A stretch of 64,000 nucleotides of DNA from Azolla caroliniana (Eukaryota > Plantae > Polypodiophyta). Shown piece by piece: positions 63,246 through 64,000 of the stretch. The notes under the pieces were generated by a model, which saw only the letters and a list, made by a program, of their open reading frames with translations, was not told the DNA's origin and did no database searches. Location of the stretch: positions 310,001 through 374,000 of the forward strand of contig JBHGNT010000022.1 in NCBI GenBank assembly GCA_043228905.1, read 5' to 3'. The position numbers were made by a program, and so were the translations under genes. The number at the start of each line of letters is the position of its first letter. Position 1 is the first letter of the stretch.

Positions 63246-64000
63246 TGTCGTGAAAAATCCGTCACTACATGCGAATCATGAGGCGGAACCTCCAAGGTTC
63301 TGGACCGGAAGGATTCAAGGTTCAAGGTTCAAGTCTTGACTGCATCCTCTTGATTACAAATTTCTAATTGATTTTTTAGTCTAGATAATTTTGTTCGTTT
63401 CACACCGAAATCGTCGTGATTAACCTATCCGATCGATCTGTCTATTTGGTCCGCTTTCGACCCAGTGATCTGGTCTATCCGTTCTGGTTCCGTCGTCGTC
63501 TACCTCCGGCTCCGTCCAAAACACTATTTTGAATAACTTGGCCGCATCCATTCGTCCAAGTTACACAACCCAACCCTTCTGTGCTCTTAGCACTTAGATA
63601 AAATATAAAGAGATATGGCTCTAGTTATATACTTTTACATCCTAATGTTCTCCTATCTATGTGGGATATCTCACAACTTTGTTTTTCTCTTCTTCTTCTC
63701 AAACTTCATATTCACATAACTTGACACTAATTTGTCCATTTCACATGTAGTACAATGCATTCGGAAGCTCTTGAAGACATCCATCTTTTCATCAAGATAT
63801 GAAATAATATCTTCATTATTATTGTTCCATATTGTGTGTGAAGAACCACACTCGATTTTGAACATTCCATGCAATTTTCACACCGTGGGCGAAAATCTTT
63901 ACGACATCCACCCCCACCAAACCGCACGTCCTCCGATACGTGCCAAGAAGAGAGAATGTGAGATTTTGGCTACGGTGATCAATCATATTCCTCCACGTCC
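63246..64000 (-). mobile_element. 3' LTR (63246-63906) and PPT of another Phygy-like element, same family as 1512-8522
   Basis: Reverse complement matches 7935-8200 and 8455-8522; continues beyond the window. Confidence 0.88.

Overview
Eukaryotic, land-plant DNA that is almost entirely nested transposable elements. A moss such as Physcomitrium is likely, inferred from the co-occurrence of Bryco-like Copia, Phygy-like Gypsy and Tcn1-like chromovirus remnants. It holds about 8 Copia and about 6 Gypsy elements or fragments plus solo LTRs, most of them decayed. Two young sibling Copia elements (40177-45688, 45814-51133) sit inside one chromovirus LTR. There is also a ~10-kb TIR DNA transposon with Sola2-like hallmarks (23637-33603), which itself carries a CACTG-ended element and palindrome arrays, and a 250-bp fold-back element with TG..CA ends. 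Only one convincing host gene is present, a secreted 6-Cys protein with a Thr/Pro tail (56668-57396). The most unusual signals are: antisense tRNA-like A/B-box cassettes with conserved 43-44 nt spacing in several Gypsy LTRs; two Copia insertions directly upstream of one cassette; a hairpin element built from two such cassette-bearing ends; a 177-bp target-site duplication; and CpG-centred 4-bp TSDs. Lineage names come from motif recognition, not database searches. Most short ORFs in the supplied track are spurious.
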